Counted from the first letter of the stretch, positions 20,935-32,100 are shown. The stretch: DNA of 64,000 bases from an uncultured Gammaproteobacteria bacterium (GCA_964507055.1 CAZDOJ010000001.1:721313-785312); one strand, 5' to 3'. The notes: a model not told the origin generated them from the sequence alone. Translations and numbers: made by a program.

Positions 20935-22005
20935 CTAGCTCGTGATTATCTCTTCAATTTTATGATTAAAAACCGCTTCGCTAAAATCCTTAGCTCTTTT
21001 CTCTGCATGTACTGAAAGGTACTTAAGTAATGTAGCGTTATGTACTAATTTTAATGTTTGCTGTATAAACTCTTCTTTTGTACTCCAAACTAATCCATTC
21101 ACTTCATGAGAAACGATTTCTTTTTGTCCTCCGGCATTGATTACAACCGGAACGGTGCCACATCCCATCGCTTCAACAGTGGAAATACCGAAATGTTCTG
21201 CCAATTCAGGTCTTTCTTCTAAATTTTCTCCGAAACCTGAGGCATGCCAATAAATTTTTGCTTTGTTGTAGTACTGGAAAAGTTTTGTATTTGAAACATT
21301 TGTATAGAATTCAACTGGATACCCTTTCGCAGCTTCTCTCAATTTAGTAAATTCTGTTTCATCTTTTTGCAGTAATCCAGCAGCAATAATAAACTTCCAA
21401 TCTTTTAATCCAGCGTCAACCATTTCCTTAAATGCTTCGATCATAAAAGACTGTTTTTTGTAATCGTCTTCACGTCCGCTAATTTTTCGATACCGTCCAA
21501 CATGCAAAATAATGTTTTCTTTTGCGACTGGTTCGTCATGAATTTCGACTGGAGGATATAAGATATCATCATGTATATTGGGAAAATACTTTTTATTAAA
21601 TTGTCGAGTGAAAGAGGAATTATAAAAGATACCTGTAATACGTGTCGTTTTGAATTGCGAAAGTAAACCACTTTCTACTGTAGATAATGGCTGTTGGATA
21701 TGCAGAAATAGTTTCCTAGACAAGGTCAGAGGGATACTTCCGTCACTTAATACGATAATTAAATCATAAGATTGAGTCGCTGAAAGTCGTTGTAATAGAT
21801 TTGTATTGGAAGAAAAAATGTTTGGTTGTAAGTTTACCTTGCGTAAATCAATTGAGAAACGATCTGCTACAGCATCTAAGTCTTTTTTGTTATTCCAAAA
21901 TATAGAGACATCGTGATGTGACGAGAGGCATGATGCAATCGTCATCATATACTTCTCTCCCCCACCTAAGTCATCTAAGTATGGATCATATATTCCAATT
22001 CTCAC
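20935..22005 (-). CDS. glycosyltransferase family 4 (GT-B)
   Basis: 'LAEHFGISTVEAMGCGTVPVVINAGGQKEIV' E-x7-E region. Confidence 0.7.
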   Translation of the reverse strand: MRIGIYDPYLDDLGGGEKYMMTIASCLSSHHDVSIFWNNKKDLDAVADRFSIDLRKVNLQPNIFSSNTNLLQRLSATQSYDLIIVLSDGSIPLTLSRKLFLHIQQPLSTVESGLLSQFKTTRITGIFYNSSFTRQFNKKYFPNIHDDILYPPVEIHDEPVAKENIILHVGRYRKISGREDDYKKQSFMIEAFKEMVDAGLKDWKFIIAAGLLQKDETEFTKLREAAKGYPVEFYTNVSNTKLFQYYNKAKIYWHASGFGENLEERPELAEHFGISTVEAMGCGTVPVVINAGGQKEIVSHEVNGLVWSTKEEFIQQTLKLVHNATLLKYLSVHAEKRAKDFSEAVFNHKIEEIITS

Positions 22006-22074
22006 TTCTAAATTGTATCAATTTTTACATCTCTTGCATACAGAGATCACTCGTGTTAGGATATTTTTACCACT

Positions 22075-22332
22075 ATGGATCCTAACTTGCAAAACGCTCT
22101 CATTTATTTCCTCTATGTATGGTCACTAATTTGGAAAGGCATTGCTTTATGGAGAGCAGCTCATTATAAACAACGAAATTGGTTTGTAGTCATGCTTGTA
22201 GTTAATACTGTTGGACTATTGGAGATACTTTATTTACTGCGTTTCTCGAAAAAAAGATTAACATTAGATGAAGTCAAACATTGGAAAAATAACTTTGTAA
22301 AGAGAAGCCCTGAAGAAAAGACAAGAGATTAA
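22075..22332 (+). CDS. small 2-TM membrane protein (DUF5652-like)
   Basis: 85 aa, two hydrophobic helices 'YFLYVWSLIWKGIALW' and 'WFVVMLVVNTVGLLEILYLL'; the only plus-strand gene inside the minus-strand locus. Confidence 0.45.
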   Translation: MDPNLQNALIYFLYVWSLIWKGIALWRAAHYKQRNWFVVMLVVNTVGLLEILYLLRFSKKRLTLDEVKHWKNNFVKRSPEEKTRD

Positions 22333-23091
22333 TTATCTTTGTTTCAAATCTTTCTGTTGTCTTTCCCATAATCTCGCATACGTAATAAACATACTGTACG
22401 ACTGAAAAATACTCTCAATTAATCCCGCAGTACCAATTCTGTATCCTTTCTGCTTTATATATGAATCATAAAATGCGGTAATCATAACTCTGAAAAAACG
22501 CCATGATACCATTTTTGGATGAGCGGCTTTATAACGCAGCTCCGCTTCGATTTTGGACCAGTGAATTGTTTTGTTTAGCATACTGGTCAGATCTTGGTGC
22601 GTGTAATGCTTTATAACTCCTATCGTGATTTCACCAATAGGTCCATCAACTCGTGCTGATTCGTGTACATCTCCATACCACTCAATTAATTTAGATTTTT
22701 TAAATAATCGTTCGAGGAATTCAACATTGGGCCAAGGATTGTTACCTAAATAATAGTTTTGTCGTTGCAATCGATATGCAGAATTTAAATCCCGTTTGCT
22801 ATCTGTGACTTGCTTGATCTCTTCAATCAAACTAGGAGACAACCGCTCATCGACATCCAGATATAAAACCCACTTTCCTTTTGCTTTCTTGAGACCAAGA
22901 TTACGTTTCTTTGCAAAACTCTCTGAAACATAGGGGAAAACAGATGCTCCCATATGCTTTGCAATTTCTGGAGTCCTATCAGAAGAATTATCATCGATTA
23001 CGATAATTTCATCACAAAACGAAACAGAATCAAGACAATCGGCTATAAGATTCTCTGCATTTTTCGCTAGTATAATTGCTGATAATTTCAT
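22333..23091 (-). CDS. glycosyltransferase family 2
   Basis: 'LSAIILAKNAENLIADCLDSVSFCDEIIVIDDNSSDRT', 'YLDVDE' DxD. Confidence 0.75.
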   Translation of the reverse strand: MKLSAIILAKNAENLIADCLDSVSFCDEIIVIDDNSSDRTPEIAKHMGASVFPYVSESFAKKRNLGLKKAKGKWVLYLDVDERLSPSLIEEIKQVTDSKRDLNSAYRLQRQNYYLGNNPWPNVEFLERLFKKSKLIEWYGDVHESARVDGPIGEITIGVIKHYTHQDLTSMLNKTIHWSKIEAELRYKAAHPKMVSWRFFRVMITAFYDSYIKQKGYRIGTAGLIESIFQSYSMFITYARLWERQQKDLKQR

Positions 23092-23155
23092 AAGTATTCT
23101 AAATGGGTTTTCTTTATATCACAATCTGTGTATTTATTCTAATTTACTGAACTAT

Positions 23156-24070
23156 CTAAACCCGAAGTTTTCTTTTTGTTCGTAAGATATTCTTTTTCAA
23201 TTTGCTTGAAGTTTCTTCAATTTTCTTATTATAGATCCAATATTCTAATTGCTTTTGTGATTTATAAATATTCCCTAAGCTCTTTGTTACTTCTTTCTCA
23301 TCAACCTCTGTAAAGCCTTCTTTTTCCCACATTTTAAGATAAATTGTAAATTCATAAAAAGCCATAAGTATAGACAAAACTAAACCATGCAATCCGTCTT
23401 TATAACCCTTTCTTGCAAAATACCTGCTAAGGAATTCTTGAAACGGTGCGGAAAAAAGCTTGTGCCAAGAAAAAGATTCTTTTGCGATAATACGTTCATT
23501 CGCAGTAACAGAGGTATATCTATCTAATTTTTGGAGGAATTGAGAAACAGATACATAGTTCTGGTGAATTATTGCATATTCTTCTTGCGGCCCGAGATCA
23601 AGAATAGGTCCACTTATCTTTGGCTGACTGTGAATCACATTTGACCATACAACTGAACCTTTCTTGAAGAAACGGATATTATAATCTGGCCACCAACCAG
23701 TATTCTGAATCCACTTCTTAAATATCATATTCTTTCGAGGAATTCTGACACACGATGAGATAGCACCATTAACAACATGATCCTGTAGCTTTGAAGCTAA
23801 TGTCGAGGGAACTTGCTCATCGGCATCAAGTATTAAGATCCAATCATTTGAAGCTTTTTCGATCGCAAAATTCCGACTTGGCTCAACAAAGCCCTGACTC
23901 TTATGAGGGAATATTTTATCTGTGTATTTTTTTGCAATCGTGAGAGTATTATCAGTTGATCCATCATCAACAACCACTATTTCATCGGCCCACTTTACTG
24001 ATTCCAGACAAGATGTAATAGTATTTTCACCATTGAGCACGGTAATAATAACGGATATTTTATTTTTCAT
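23156..24070 (-). CDS. glycosyltransferase family 2
   Basis: 'ISVIITVLNGENTITSCLESVKWADEIVVVDDGSTDNT', 'ILDADE'; paralog of 14005..14880 and 22333..23091. Confidence 0.75.
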   Translation of the reverse strand: MKNKISVIITVLNGENTITSCLESVKWADEIVVVDDGSTDNTLTIAKKYTDKIFPHKSQGFVEPSRNFAIEKASNDWILILDADEQVPSTLASKLQDHVVNGAISSCVRIPRKNMIFKKWIQNTGWWPDYNIRFFKKGSVVWSNVIHSQPKISGPILDLGPQEEYAIIHQNYVSVSQFLQKLDRYTSVTANERIIAKESFSWHKLFSAPFQEFLSRYFARKGYKDGLHGLVLSILMAFYEFTIYLKMWEKEGFTEVDEKEVTKSLGNIYKSQKQLEYWIYNKKIEETSSKLKKNILRTKRKLRV

Positions 24071-25509
24071 TTCTTTAGTAAAAATCTTTTTATTTCAAAA
24101 AGTTCTTTTTTTGCAAAAAAGTAAAAAGTTGCTGTATAACTTATTGCACCGAGTAGAATAATTACTCCAAGCGTAATAAAGTCAGTAACAAAAAGTTTTG
24201 CACCTACGAAAACAATTATACCCATTACCAAAGAACAAAGAAATGGTTTATAGACATTCTTTATAAACTCAAAAGTAATCTTTCTTTTAACGAGATAAAC
24301 TGTGTAGAGAATAGTTAAAGATATGAAAAATGAAGCAGCCGCCACACCATTATATCCATAATAATAAATGAGAATTGGTGTAAGAATCCATGTTCCAATT
24401 GTCCATATGACCATAAGTGATAACGTAGTTTTTACTCTACCTGTTGCATCTAATACATTAATTAAAATTCCTGATAGTGAAGATATTGCGGCATTAAGAC
24501 AGAAAAAGATCAAACTAATAATCGCTGGCTCCCATTTATGCCATTGTGGAATAAACTTTATAAAATATGGACCAGTTACAATAATGCCGACTAATACTGG
24601 AAACATCAGACTTGATACAAAAAACAAAGATTTTTCAATCGCTTTACGCATAATATCTGTATTCTCTTGAATACGAGAATATGTAGAAAATGTGACTTTA
24701 GTTACACTATCGACAATATATCTATATGCAAGAAAAGCAATCCTTTGTGCAAATCCTATGTATCCAATTTCAGTAAACGTAAGAAATTTTGTTAAAATAA
24801 CTGTTAAAAGGTCATCTTTAATTGTAGCCAGAATATTCTTAGCTTGAAATTGAGCACCGAACTTTAGATGGCCTAATGATTCTCTATCTATTCCCAATCC
24901 AATCTTCCACGGTGAAATGTAATAGTAAAGTGGTACGGTAGCAATACTTGAGACTAAGAAAGCATACGTATAACTTTCCAAGCGATACCCCTGCAAAATC
25001 AATACAATTAACAACACATTAAAAATAAGTGACTCTGCGATTTGAGGAATAACGAGTTTTTGAAATTGGATTTTTCTCTCAAGGAGAATTGAAGGAATGG
25101 TTTTGAAGGAGGAAATAAATATTGTAGCAACAAGAGCAACGAGCAAGCCTTCACCTGCTTCACCAATTTTGAAATATACACTTATTTGATCTTTTAGAGC
25201 AAAAATTACTAGGAATATCACAAAAGTGATACTTGCTTGCAAGGTGAAACTTGTTTTTAAATCTTCGGGGGTTAACGCTTCTTTCTTCTGAACCAATGCC
25301 GCACCTAATCCAAAATCAGTAAAGAAACTAATAATTCTTTGAATTGCAATAACTGCGACATAAATACCTACATCTGCTGGGACAAGAATACTTAAGATAA
25401 TTAATGAAGCTGCTGTCTGAATTATCTGAAGAATGAACGTGCGAGAAGCTAGAGCGATAATTGAACGCATTGATGCTCGCCCAAGTTGTTTGAGATTAAG
25501 CTCTTCCAT
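24067..25509 (-). CDS. oligosaccharide flippase (Wzx/MOP superfamily)
   Basis: 480 aa, ~12-14 TM helices, polysaccharide-biosynthesis-protein architecture; 4-bp overlap with the downstream GT2 gene. Confidence 0.6.
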   Translation of the reverse strand: MEELNLKQLGRASMRSIIALASRTFILQIIQTAASLIILSILVPADVGIYVAVIAIQRIISFFTDFGLGAALVQKKEALTPEDLKTSFTLQASITFVIFLVIFALKDQISVYFKIGEAGEGLLVALVATIFISSFKTIPSILLERKIQFQKLVIPQIAESLIFNVLLIVLILQGYRLESYTYAFLVSSIATVPLYYYISPWKIGLGIDRESLGHLKFGAQFQAKNILATIKDDLLTVILTKFLTFTEIGYIGFAQRIAFLAYRYIVDSVTKVTFSTYSRIQENTDIMRKAIEKSLFFVSSLMFPVLVGIIVTGPYFIKFIPQWHKWEPAIISLIFFCLNAAISSLSGILINVLDATGRVKTTLSLMVIWTIGTWILTPILIYYYGYNGVAAASFFISLTILYTVYLVKRKITFEFIKNVYKPFLCSLVMGIIVFVGAKLFVTDFITLGVIILLGAISYTATFYFFAKKELFEIKRFLLKK

Positions 25510-26227
25510 ATCGAAGATCGTACCATAAAGTAAAACTTTCTATAATTGCCCGAATAATAACTCGTACATTCCCACCACTTTGATCTCCATGCTTTCTTGG
25601 ATAATGTGTCACTTTTACTTGAGCAATTTTCAAATTTTCTTTCTTTGCTTTTGCAAGAATCTCTGTTGTTAACATGGCCCCTTCTGATTTCAATGGGGAG
25701 ATTGCTGCAATAGCTTCTTTTCTAAATAACTTAAATCCGCAATCAATATCTCTAAAATAAAATCTAAAGAAAATAAAATCCCAAACTTTTAGTAAATTCA
25801 TAAGCACATGTCTGAATGGATGATCAATTCTACGATTACGATATCCAATTACGATATCATTATCTTCAATTTTTTCTATAAAGTTTTCAATTTCTGCGAA
25901 ATCAAATTGACCATCACCGTCATTAAATACAACATATTTATATTTTGCATTTTTAAATCCTTCTCGCAATGCAGTCCCATAACCTCTGTTTGGTTGATGA
26001 GAGACAACTCGTAAGCGTTTATCCTTTTCTGCTAATTTTTTGGCAACTTGTAAAGTATTATCTGTCGAACCGTCGTCGACCATAATTATTTCCCATTTCT
26101 CTGCGACTTTTTCTGCAACTGGAATAGCATTTTTTACTACCTGTTTTACATTCGCTTCTTCATTCCAGAAAGGGAAAAATATTGTTAAAGAAGAAAGTTT
26201 ATTTATTTTTTTCTTTTCTTTTTTCAT
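25496..26227 (-). CDS. GT2 polyprenol-phosphate sugar synthase-like (GtrB/DPM1-like)
   Basis: 'LTIFFPFWNEEANVKQVV', 'IIMVDDGSTDNT', 'VVFNDGDGQFD'. Confidence 0.7.
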   Translation of the reverse strand: MKKEKKKINKLSSLTIFFPFWNEEANVKQVVKNAIPVAEKVAEKWEIIMVDDGSTDNTLQVAKKLAEKDKRLRVVSHQPNRGYGTALREGFKNAKYKYVVFNDGDGQFDFAEIENFIEKIEDNDIVIGYRNRRIDHPFRHVLMNLLKVWDFIFFRFYFRDIDCGFKLFRKEAIAAISPLKSEGAMLTTEILAKAKKENLKIAQVKVTHYPRKHGDQSGGNVRVIIRAIIESFTLWYDLRYGRA

Positions 26228-27938
26228 GTAAATGAGTAACCTTTCTACTTGAGATTATACCAGCTACCAATACTATAACTCCAGTAAGAGTTATCATATT
26301 TGCGGCTTTTTCTATGGGAGTTTGTACATATGTTGCAATAACTGTATGCTTACCTTTTGGAAGTGACAGTTGTAATCCTGTAGAAGTATTTTTATATACA
26401 GTATTCTTGCCATCTACAGATATTTGCCAAGCAGGAAAGTATGCAATATTAAGCTTCACTACGCCATCTTTTATCATTAAAATTTCAGCTTTTGCTTGTT
26501 TCGATGTTACAGATTCAGATCGTATACTACCAATACTTTTTTCAACCTCGAATTTTTTAGTTGCAACATGTCGCTTATCTTTAGGCTTCTGGAAACCTGG
26601 AGGCATATATTCATCAGATATTTTTGAAGTATCCCACCGAATAAACGATGTATCTATGTACTGCTGTGAGGATTTAGGGACAATACTTGATGGAGCAAAT
26701 ACATCAATATTTACATAGATAATTGCTACAACGAGGAGTAAACAAAGTATAACTCTTTTCAAACCTGTCAAAGAAAGTACAAAAACACCTCCAAGAAATG
26801 AGATGAAAAAGCTTACTAAGATTAAAAATCTCCATGGGAATTGGAAGAACGACATGAGAGAGAATGTATCCCAAATAAACTTAGAATAGTCGACAGTTAA
26901 TAGTAATGATAATCCTAGTCCACCAATACTTAATAGGATAGGTAAGGTTACCTTCTTATTTTTTCTCAGCAAAATAAGTGGAAGAAGAGATAATACTGCT
27001 AAGAGAAGATGGATTTTACCAACTTTGAATGATAGTCCATCCGTACATCCAGGTACGGATCCACCATATGCCCAAGGACTATCCAATAGTTGTGGAATAC
27101 AGACAAAATGATCATGATAATCAGATCCGCCCCCGACTACAGAAAGTACATTTGTATATTTCATCTCAACTGGCACAGGCAACCAATAAAACGCAGACAG
27201 CATTATTCCAAGTATCAGACTAAATAACAAATATGAACCTGTGGTAAATTTATTTATTTTTGATCTAGCAATAAGAATCACTGTATAAGCAAAAATGAAC
27301 GGAGAAACCATCATCGCTGTCAAGTTATGTGAAAGAATTATGACAGCGAAAGCAATTGAAGCTGTACTGATCCAAACCCATCGTTTGCGTTTTAAAAGTA
27401 ATTTGGTTTCTTTTCCCTTTTCTTGTAACAAAAGTTGATGATTTTGAAACACTTTATAAAGTCCAAAGAAGACTAGGGGAATAAAAGCATATGCCCATAA
27501 TTCAGCTATTGCCCCACGAACATATAAATTGAGAGCATGGTACGGAGCATATACATAAAGCATTGCAGACACAAATCCACCTAATCTTCCCCAAAATTCT
27601 TTTGCTAACAAATACATAAATACCCCAGCAAGAAGTGTTCCCAATCCGATCATAATTTTTGTAGCAATTAAGCTATCAAATCCTAAGATATTAAAAAAGC
27701 CTCCGATGTAATATGAAAAAGGTGCATAAAAATTAAAAATAGGATAACCGTAGCCGTAGCCTAAATTTTCGACCCATCGTACAGGGAAAATACCATCTGA
27801 AAGTGCATCTTTCATTTCCGAAACACGTGCTACTTGAGTATCATCATGCATTGGGAAAAACCCTTGAGAAAATAATGGAAAGATTGCGGGAATACTGAGA
27901 AAGAGCAATATAATTATTAAAAGTATATTCTTTTTCAT
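26199..27938 (-). CDS. polytopic membrane protein (GT-C-like, unknown)
   Basis: 579 aa; N-terminal 'FPMHDDTQVARVSEMKDALSDGIFPVRWVENLGYGYGYPIFNFYAP' loop followed by many TM helices, soluble C-terminal domain and terminal TM. Confidence 0.4.
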   Translation of the reverse strand: MKKNILLIIILLFLSIPAIFPLFSQGFFPMHDDTQVARVSEMKDALSDGIFPVRWVENLGYGYGYPIFNFYAPFSYYIGGFFNILGFDSLIATKIMIGLGTLLAGVFMYLLAKEFWGRLGGFVSAMLYVYAPYHALNLYVRGAIAELWAYAFIPLVFFGLYKVFQNHQLLLQEKGKETKLLLKRKRWVWISTASIAFAVIILSHNLTAMMVSPFIFAYTVILIARSKINKFTTGSYLLFSLILGIMLSAFYWLPVPVEMKYTNVLSVVGGGSDYHDHFVCIPQLLDSPWAYGGSVPGCTDGLSFKVGKIHLLLAVLSLLPLILLRKNKKVTLPILLSIGGLGLSLLLTVDYSKFIWDTFSLMSFFQFPWRFLILVSFFISFLGGVFVLSLTGLKRVILCLLLVVAIIYVNIDVFAPSSIVPKSSQQYIDTSFIRWDTSKISDEYMPPGFQKPKDKRHVATKKFEVEKSIGSIRSESVTSKQAKAEILMIKDGVVKLNIAYFPAWQISVDGKNTVYKNTSTGLQLSLPKGKHTVIATYVQTPIEKAANMITLTGVIVLVAGIISSRKVTHLHEKRKEKNK

Positions 27939-27939
27939 T

Positions 27940-29454
27940 TTATTGCTTTAGTTCATACAGTGTGTAATAAGATTCTTTATCTTCTTTTTGAATTTGCAGA
28001 ACCTTTGTGAGTGTCCATGTATCTGGAGCTAAGCCAATCCCTTCGCAAGGAGGACATGGTTGATAAAAGACAACATAAGTTGGCATTGTTTTGCTTGCAT
28101 CGAGTATTTCTTGCGGAGGGGTATCATTTATTGGCCAGTAACCTTGAACTTTTATATTTGGATTCGTGCCAAGATATATATCGAGTGCATATGGCATGAG
28201 GCCAAATGTACCTTGCGTTGCTACATAAATTTTCTCATTTTTTGCTTTCGCTTCGAGAAACTTTACTGTTTCCTTCACGCCATTTCCGGCAGGCCAATCA
28301 GTAACGAATTGTTCTCTATCGCCTTGCGGAATTGCTGCTTTAGAAAAATTAGTCATGATATGAAAATCAGTAACGATCCACATGCCCGTAAATACAACTG
28401 CAATAAGCACTTTTAACCAGCCTGTTTTTACATATGTGAGTAATGTATACAACGAAAATGCACCCAATAAAATAAGCGGCATAGTCATAAAAAGAATAAA
28501 TCGTGGATAGATAACTTTTCCAAAAAACGCCAAAGCCATAAAAGGAACAATAAACCATACAAGTAATAAAAGTTTTTCTCTTGTGTATTTCTTACTGACG
28601 AAGAATGAAGCAAGGACAAGAATAAGGAACGGAAGTGTCATATAACCAATCAACCAACCACTCAAACCTTGTAGGTTGCCAAATACATAAGCAAACGGAT
28701 TCTGGAACCAGTCACTGAATGAATAAATGAACGTAAGATTTTTCTCGCCAATAATATGATAAAAAGGCGACAGTCGTAGAATTGCATAGATTGCCTGAGC
28801 CAATACAAATGCAACTACTGCAAATCCAAACCACTTAAAAAGTTTCTTCCTATCTAACTTTTCTTTGAATGGAAAAAGAAGCAAAGAAAACGGAAGCAAA
28901 ATAAATCCAAAATTTGCACTTGTCTTCGTCAACATTCCTCCTCCAACAATCATCCCCAATAATAATGCTAAGTCTAATCGCACATATCTTGCAAGCAAAA
29001 CGGAGAAATATAATGACCATATGATGAATAAGGCAACCATTGAATCATACAGAGCCATGCGATCATAGACCAAGGCAAACGGGTACAGGACATATAAGAT
29101 GCTCGCTGTTAAACCAATAAACTTATTCTTAAATAGCTCTCTCCCAAGAAGGAACATACCTACCATTGAAGCAAAACCAGTAAAAACAGAGACAAGTCTT
29201 CCTGCAACTAAAGGATCTTTTACAAATTCGATAAGGATCATTGCTGCCCAAATAAATGACGGCTGCTTTCCATCGGTAAGAGAGATAAATCTCCATGTGG
29301 CATCATTATTTGCAATTTGAGCCCAACGGATATAGATGGCCTCATCAGTAAAGATAGGTAGCCCGGTGAGGTTATATAAGCGAGTAAAGAAGTATAATCC
29401 CGCTAACAAAACGAAGAATGTACTGAGATAGAGATGTTTTCTAATATAACGCAT
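27940..29454 (-). CDS. GT39/GT83-family glycosyltransferase (PMT/ArnT-like)
   Basis: 'FTRLYNLTGLPIFTDEAIYIRWAQI' first-loop DE motif, ~11 TM helices plus C-terminal periplasmic domain. Confidence 0.6.
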   Translation of the reverse strand: MRYIRKHLYLSTFFVLLAGLYFFTRLYNLTGLPIFTDEAIYIRWAQIANNDATWRFISLTDGKQPSFIWAAMILIEFVKDPLVAGRLVSVFTGFASMVGMFLLGRELFKNKFIGLTASILYVLYPFALVYDRMALYDSMVALFIIWSLYFSVLLARYVRLDLALLLGMIVGGGMLTKTSANFGFILLPFSLLLFPFKEKLDRKKLFKWFGFAVVAFVLAQAIYAILRLSPFYHIIGEKNLTFIYSFSDWFQNPFAYVFGNLQGLSGWLIGYMTLPFLILVLASFFVSKKYTREKLLLLVWFIVPFMALAFFGKVIYPRFILFMTMPLILLGAFSLYTLLTYVKTGWLKVLIAVVFTGMWIVTDFHIMTNFSKAAIPQGDREQFVTDWPAGNGVKETVKFLEAKAKNEKIYVATQGTFGLMPYALDIYLGTNPNIKVQGYWPINDTPPQEILDASKTMPTYVVFYQPCPPCEGIGLAPDTWTLTKVLQIQKEDKESYYTLYELKQ

Positions 29455-29474
29455 TATGGATATTATACTTAATA

Positions 29475-30929
29475 CTATACCTTTTCAGCAATCAGGTGAT
29501 TCAACCTAACTTTACTAAGAATTACTTCAAGGTCTTTTTTCCTGAACATGTACAATACGTTTAATGTGATCGGAGGAATAAAAATAAGTATATAAGTAAT
29601 GATTGGCCAAATTACTGATTGTGTATTAATCCGATAAATAACCCACAGCAATGGATATGCAAATAAAGATGTAATTGAAAGACCTACTGTAGTTAAGAGC
29701 AACTTTTTATCAAGAACAAGTGGAATTAAAGGCAATATCCAAAGGACATACCAATTCCAATATGCTGTACTAATAAATAATAAATATACTAAGAGTACAA
29801 CGATGTATGCATAGACAGGTTCTATATCATGCTTCCAAACCTGCCACGTAAAATAGAGTAACCATAACAGGAATAAGACAAAAACTACTTGTATTAATTG
29901 CGGCTGGAACAATAGAAGAACTGTAGGTAGCGATTGCCAGTAAACACCACCATTGTATGCAACTCGTTGCAAAAACTCTATAAGATTTACTTGCATAAAC
30001 GAAAATAGTAATGTGTTTATGCTAACGAATCCTGCAACAAAAGAGAGCAATCCAAGATATTTTTTCTTTTTTACTAATGAAAGTAGACAAAAGAAGAATA
30101 AGACAATTGGAATTAATTTTACTTGCACTGCTAGGGCTAAAATTATGCCTGCAAAAAACCATAGCTTCTTACGGAAGAAATAATAACTGAGCAGTGTAAA
30201 GAAAATCATCATACTGTCGTTATGTCCCGAGCCGAATATTTCAAGTATAAAAATTGGATTCCAGAAAACGAATATTAATGCCCAATTTAGATAATTTTTC
30301 TTTTGCTCTTTTAGTACTAAATACAACACATAAAATATCCCAGCTGCAAATAATGCAGGGACCAATTTATAGAGAATAACAAGAGTGACCAAATCATTCT
30401 GTCCAATATACGATGGGAGCAAATATAACAAAAAGTGTATTCCACCATACACACTCGTTGTATCTTTCCAATCTGCTAATACACCAAATTGGTCATCTGG
30501 AAATGTAGCTGGCTTAACTTGCCAAATATTTTCACCATGTACTGTTGCTACACGTTCAGAAAAAATATAAGAGAAAATATCTGTGGATAATATCGGGAAT
30601 GATACAAATGTTACTATTTGGAAAAGTACCGTAAACAGTATTATTTGTTTGAGCGTAAACTTTACCTTGAGAGCAATCAGATATAAAATTACCGCAGCTA
30701 CAGAAACGGCTGCAAATATGATTGTGGGAATAGAATTTAACCCATATCCAGATAATATTGTTTGCATCGAAAAAAGAAAATCTTTTGCTGCTGGATAAAG
30801 ATTTCCAATTCCAATAATTGCTCGAGGGTCTCGAAATAGTAAAACCCATGAGAGGATCAAATATGTAAAAAAACAAAGACTAAGCAAACTAGCAATTATG
30901 ATTGGTAATTGGGATTTATGTAACTTCAT
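29475..30929 (-). CDS. polytopic membrane protein (GT-C-like; possibly DUF2029/GT87-like)
   Basis: 484 aa, entirely hydrophobic multi-pass; no soluble domain. Confidence 0.35.
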   Translation of the reverse strand: MKLHKSQLPIIIASLLSLCFFTYLILSWVLLFRDPRAIIGIGNLYPAAKDFLFSMQTILSGYGLNSIPTIIFAAVSVAAVILYLIALKVKFTLKQIILFTVLFQIVTFVSFPILSTDIFSYIFSERVATVHGENIWQVKPATFPDDQFGVLADWKDTTSVYGGIHFLLYLLPSYIGQNDLVTLVILYKLVPALFAAGIFYVLYLVLKEQKKNYLNWALIFVFWNPIFILEIFGSGHNDSMMIFFTLLSYYFFRKKLWFFAGIILALAVQVKLIPIVLFFFCLLSLVKKKKYLGLLSFVAGFVSINTLLFSFMQVNLIEFLQRVAYNGGVYWQSLPTVLLLFQPQLIQVVFVLFLLWLLYFTWQVWKHDIEPVYAYIVVLLVYLLFISTAYWNWYVLWILPLIPLVLDKKLLLTTVGLSITSLFAYPLLWVIYRINTQSVIWPIITYILIFIPPITLNVLYMFRKKDLEVILSKVRLNHLIAEKV

Positions 30930-32100
30930 GTTTTTTAATTTTATACAAAATTAGCCAGACTGTTAAAGTATACATAAATGGAATAATTAGAAGGAAGTAT
31001 CGTGACCAAACAGGAATAAATGAAAGAAATAGGAGATAGATGATAATCCATATACATGGGAATACTATCATCGATTTGCGATATTTTCTAAAAACAAAAA
31101 CTATAGTTATTGCTGAAATTACGGTAAGTAAAATCCATCCAAAATGCCATTCATCCACAACAGATATTTGCCCCCACCAATTAGCATATTTACCGGTAAA
31201 TATAATTTCCCATGGAGCTGAGAAAGACCCTTTCGCACCTCCGGCATAAAAATTGATAATCCATTTTTGAACGCCTAGAAAATCCATAAATGAATTGCCT
31301 AACAAAAAGTATTGGATATAAGTAGCAACAAACACTATACCTGCAATCGGCAGTGTCATAATATACTTTTTAACTAGTTTGAGTTGCTTCGTGACAACTA
31401 AATAAAGCACAATTGCCCCTATAACGAGAGGAAATGTAGATGCTGTAGATTTAGTTGCAGCCATGAGACCAAGAACAACAGCAGAAGCAAAATACTTTTT
31501 TTTCAGGAAGAAGTAGCAGATCATGAAGAATAGTCCAATATATAAAAGATCTAACAAAGATATTTGAAGTTGTGTAAAAAATAACGGTTCAAAAGAAAGT
31601 AATAAGACTGGAATAAAGGCTGCTAATTTACTCTTAAAGAATAATGTATTAACGAGATAAAAAGCATATAAAGCAAACAGTCCACTTAATAATGCAAAGA
31701 TATTCTGATTCTTAAAAATAAGCTCAGATAAACCAATAAGATACTTTCCAAGGGGTGGAATTTCTGCATTTAAAAGGGTCGGGTCTTTGCCATGAATGTA
31801 TTCCCATCCTGCATATGTATATACACCATCATCGCCTATGGCATTTTTTTTGAGATCAGCTGCTGCTGCATTATTCTTATTCTGTTCAAACCATTGATCG
31901 TCCCAAATACATGTGTAGGGATTTACATGCGGATCCAAATTTTCACATGCAGGTTTGGTGCTCCATTGAGAATTCTCATACTTTAGCTTCCAATAATCTG
32001 CATTAAAAGGGGTAAGATAATCAGTTCTATATTCATATATTCTGAATGCAATATGTACCGCAAAAAGAATCAGTAAACCAATAAATACTTTCTTTCTCAT
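30916..32100 (-). CDS. membrane protein with Cys-containing N-terminal extracytoplasmic segment (unknown)
   Basis: Signal-anchor followed by 'PACENLDPHVNPYTCIWDDQW' segment and ~9 TM helices. Confidence 0.35.
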   Translation of the reverse strand: MRKKVFIGLLILFAVHIAFRIYEYRTDYLTPFNADYWKLKYENSQWSTKPACENLDPHVNPYTCIWDDQWFEQNKNNAAAADLKKNAIGDDGVYTYAGWEYIHGKDPTLLNAEIPPLGKYLIGLSELIFKNQNIFALLSGLFALYAFYLVNTLFFKSKLAAFIPVLLLSFEPLFFTQLQISLLDLLYIGLFFMICYFFLKKKYFASAVVLGLMAATKSTASTFPLVIGAIVLYLVVTKQLKLVKKYIMTLPIAGIVFVATYIQYFLLGNSFMDFLGVQKWIINFYAGGAKGSFSAPWEIIFTGKYANWWGQISVVDEWHFGWILLTVISAITIVFVFRKYRKSMIVFPCIWIIIYLLFLSFIPVWSRYFLLIIPFMYTLTVWLILYKIKKHEVT

